In this document: piece after piece, positions 62,665 to 64,000 of the stretch
Layout of the letters: the number at the start of each line of letters is the position of its first letter
Position numbering within the stretch: position 1 is the stretch's first letter
Source: Monosiga brevicollis MX1
Lineage: Eukaryota
Length of the DNA: 64,000 nt
Assembly: GCF_000002865.3 (NCBI RefSeq)
Contig: NW_001865082.1
Location: 5,894 to 69,893 of the forward strand
Direction of reading: 5' to 3'
Translations under genes and position numbers: made by a program
Notes under the pieces: generated by a model
Seen by the model: the letters and a program-made list of their open reading frames with translations, nothing else
The model's database searches: none
What the model was told of the DNA's origin: nothing

Positions 62665-64000
62665 ATGCCAACCCCAGCCCAGAGCCTGGTTGCCCTGGTG
62701 GCCGCCGTCTTCCTGGCCCCCACCCTCCGAGTCACCGCGTTACAAGGAACCTGCCGCTTCCCGCTAACCCTCGAATGCGATGACGTCCTCAGCGTTGATG
62801 TCTGCGTAATAGCGGCATCCACCGCTGACTGCTATCTTGGGCCCAACACCACGGTCCACCAAGCCCTTTGTGACCTCGCCTGCGAAGTCTCGACGCTCAC
62901 CCTCCACAACCTACGCAATTTTTCCATGGATGGAGAGGAAGAACTCAACACCGACTGGGGGCGCATCGGTCGAACGCTCGACGTCTTTGTCGTCTCTGCC
63001 TTTGAGGCCAATGTTTACAACTACAATTTTGATTCCCTGCTGGGGCTGGATAACCCAATCACCGACTTGACCTTCAACAGCCTCGGCTCTCGCCGCTTCG
63101 ATCCCGTCGAAGTCTTCGAGTTTGGCCAACCCCGTCACAGCAGCGTTCAGTCGCTGCATCTGCGCAACCTCTTCCTGAATGAGTTTATCATGGATGTCGC
63201 CGCCACCTTCTTCGGAAAGCTCCAGTTTCTGTGGCTTGAAGACCCCGTCACAAATCTTTCCATGTCCGATCAACACGTTTACCTGGGACCTGTTAAACAT
63301 GTGCGCCTCGATGCTCGCAACTACGCTCCTACCAATTACCCACGCCTTGCCCGCATACAGACCCTCCGCTCCCTTGACATGCACGGCTACAATATCTCCA
63401 CCATCGCCTGCGACTTTCTACCTGCCACCCTCAACCTCAACGTTCTTAACATCAGCGGCAACAACATCACCCACTTTGGCCTTGACCTGCTTCATCTTTC
63501 TCTCAACATGTTCAACATCTACCGGGGCCTCACCGTGCCCCTCCCCAACGGCGAGACCTACACTGCTGCCATTGACATGAGCGATAACCCCTCCACTTGC
63601 CTGCTGCATCCTGTCTCCAATCCCCAAAGCTCGTCCGGCCCTCTCTTCATCAACTGCTCTTGCTCAGACCCCCCGCTCCGTGAGGCACCCTATTGCCCGC
63701 CCCCTGTTTTCCTGCCCTGCAATGATTCTGATCCCTCTGCTGGCTCGGTCCAACAGCACCAAGTGTGTGATGGCTCACTGGATTGCCCCAATGGCCGCGA
63801 TGAAGCCCGCTGCGCTATCACCGCCGCCAACTTTCACCTCCAACCCAGCATGGACTGCAGCGGCCTATTCACGCTTTCCGCTCTCACGGCACACAACATC
63901 TGCGGCCGTTCCTGTTACCAAAACATGACCCTGCATCTCCGGGGTGGCGTTCTTACCTGGTCCCACAATCCGAGCAATTGCACCGACCCCAATAGTCAGT
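62665..64000 (+). CDS. Secreted or membrane LRR + LDL-receptor class A protein, 5' part (runs off window; absent from ORF track)
   Basis: Uninterrupted frame MPTPAQSLVALVAAVFLAPTLRVTA (signal peptide); LRRs VQSLHLRNL, LRSLDMHGYNI, LNVLNISGNNITH; DMSDNPSTC cap; LDLa-like QVCDGSLDCPNGRDEARC. Confidence 0.85.
   Translation, partial: MPTPAQSLVALVAAVFLAPTLRVTALQGTCRFPLTLECDDVLSVDVCVIAASTADCYLGPNTTVHQALCDLACEVSTLTLHNLRNFSMDGEEELNTDWGRIGRTLDVFVVSAFEANVYNYNFDSLLGLDNPITDLTFNSLGSRRFDPVEVFEFGQPRHSSVQSLHLRNLFLNEFIMDVAATFFGKLQFLWLEDPVTNLSMSDQHVYLGPVKHVRLDARNYAPTNYPRLARIQTLRSLDMHGYNISTIACDFLPATLNLNVLNISGNNITHFGLDLLHLSLNMFNIYRGLTVPLPNGETYTAAIDMSDNPSTCLLHPVSNPQSSSGPLFINCSCSDPPLREAPYCPPPVFLPCNDSDPSAGSVQQHQVCDGSLDCPNGRDEARCAITAANFHLQPSMDCSGLFTLSALTAHNICGRSCYQNMTLHLRGGVLTWSHNPSNCTDPNSQ

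Overview
Compact, intron-rich eukaryotic genomic DNA with short GT-AG introns, many microsatellites and seven N-gaps. Gene content and style strongly suggest a choanoflagellate (Monosiga brevicollis-like; inference). About 20 mostly spliced protein genes can be reconstructed by hand: anoctamin 3' end, TTLL10-like ligase, ankyrin-SAM-SAM-U-box protein, TSC2/tuberin, small VMAC-like coiled-coil protein, small 4-TM protein, pICln, CHCHD2/10, a receptor tyrosine kinase, a His-rich ORF, SGF29, an LRR/EF-hand (LRRC74-like) protein, a single-pass receptor with a cytoplasmic SH3, an MGCGSS dual-acylation protein, two head-to-head GSTs, a type II membrane proprotein ending in a glycine-zipper peptide, LRP2BP, a BRK-domain protein and the start of an LRR-LDLa protein. 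The three most interesting items are: (1) a strongly codon-biased type II membrane precursor with an RRR site ahead of a 60-aa bacteriocin-like glycine-zipper peptide; (2) an RTK whose intron-containing ectodomain resembles bacterial secreted-protein modules; (3) a large single-pass receptor with a Trp-less SH3 and no enzyme domain. No RNA genes, CRISPR arrays or intact mobile elements were recognised. All exon boundaries and homologies come from manual reading and recalled motifs, not database searches.
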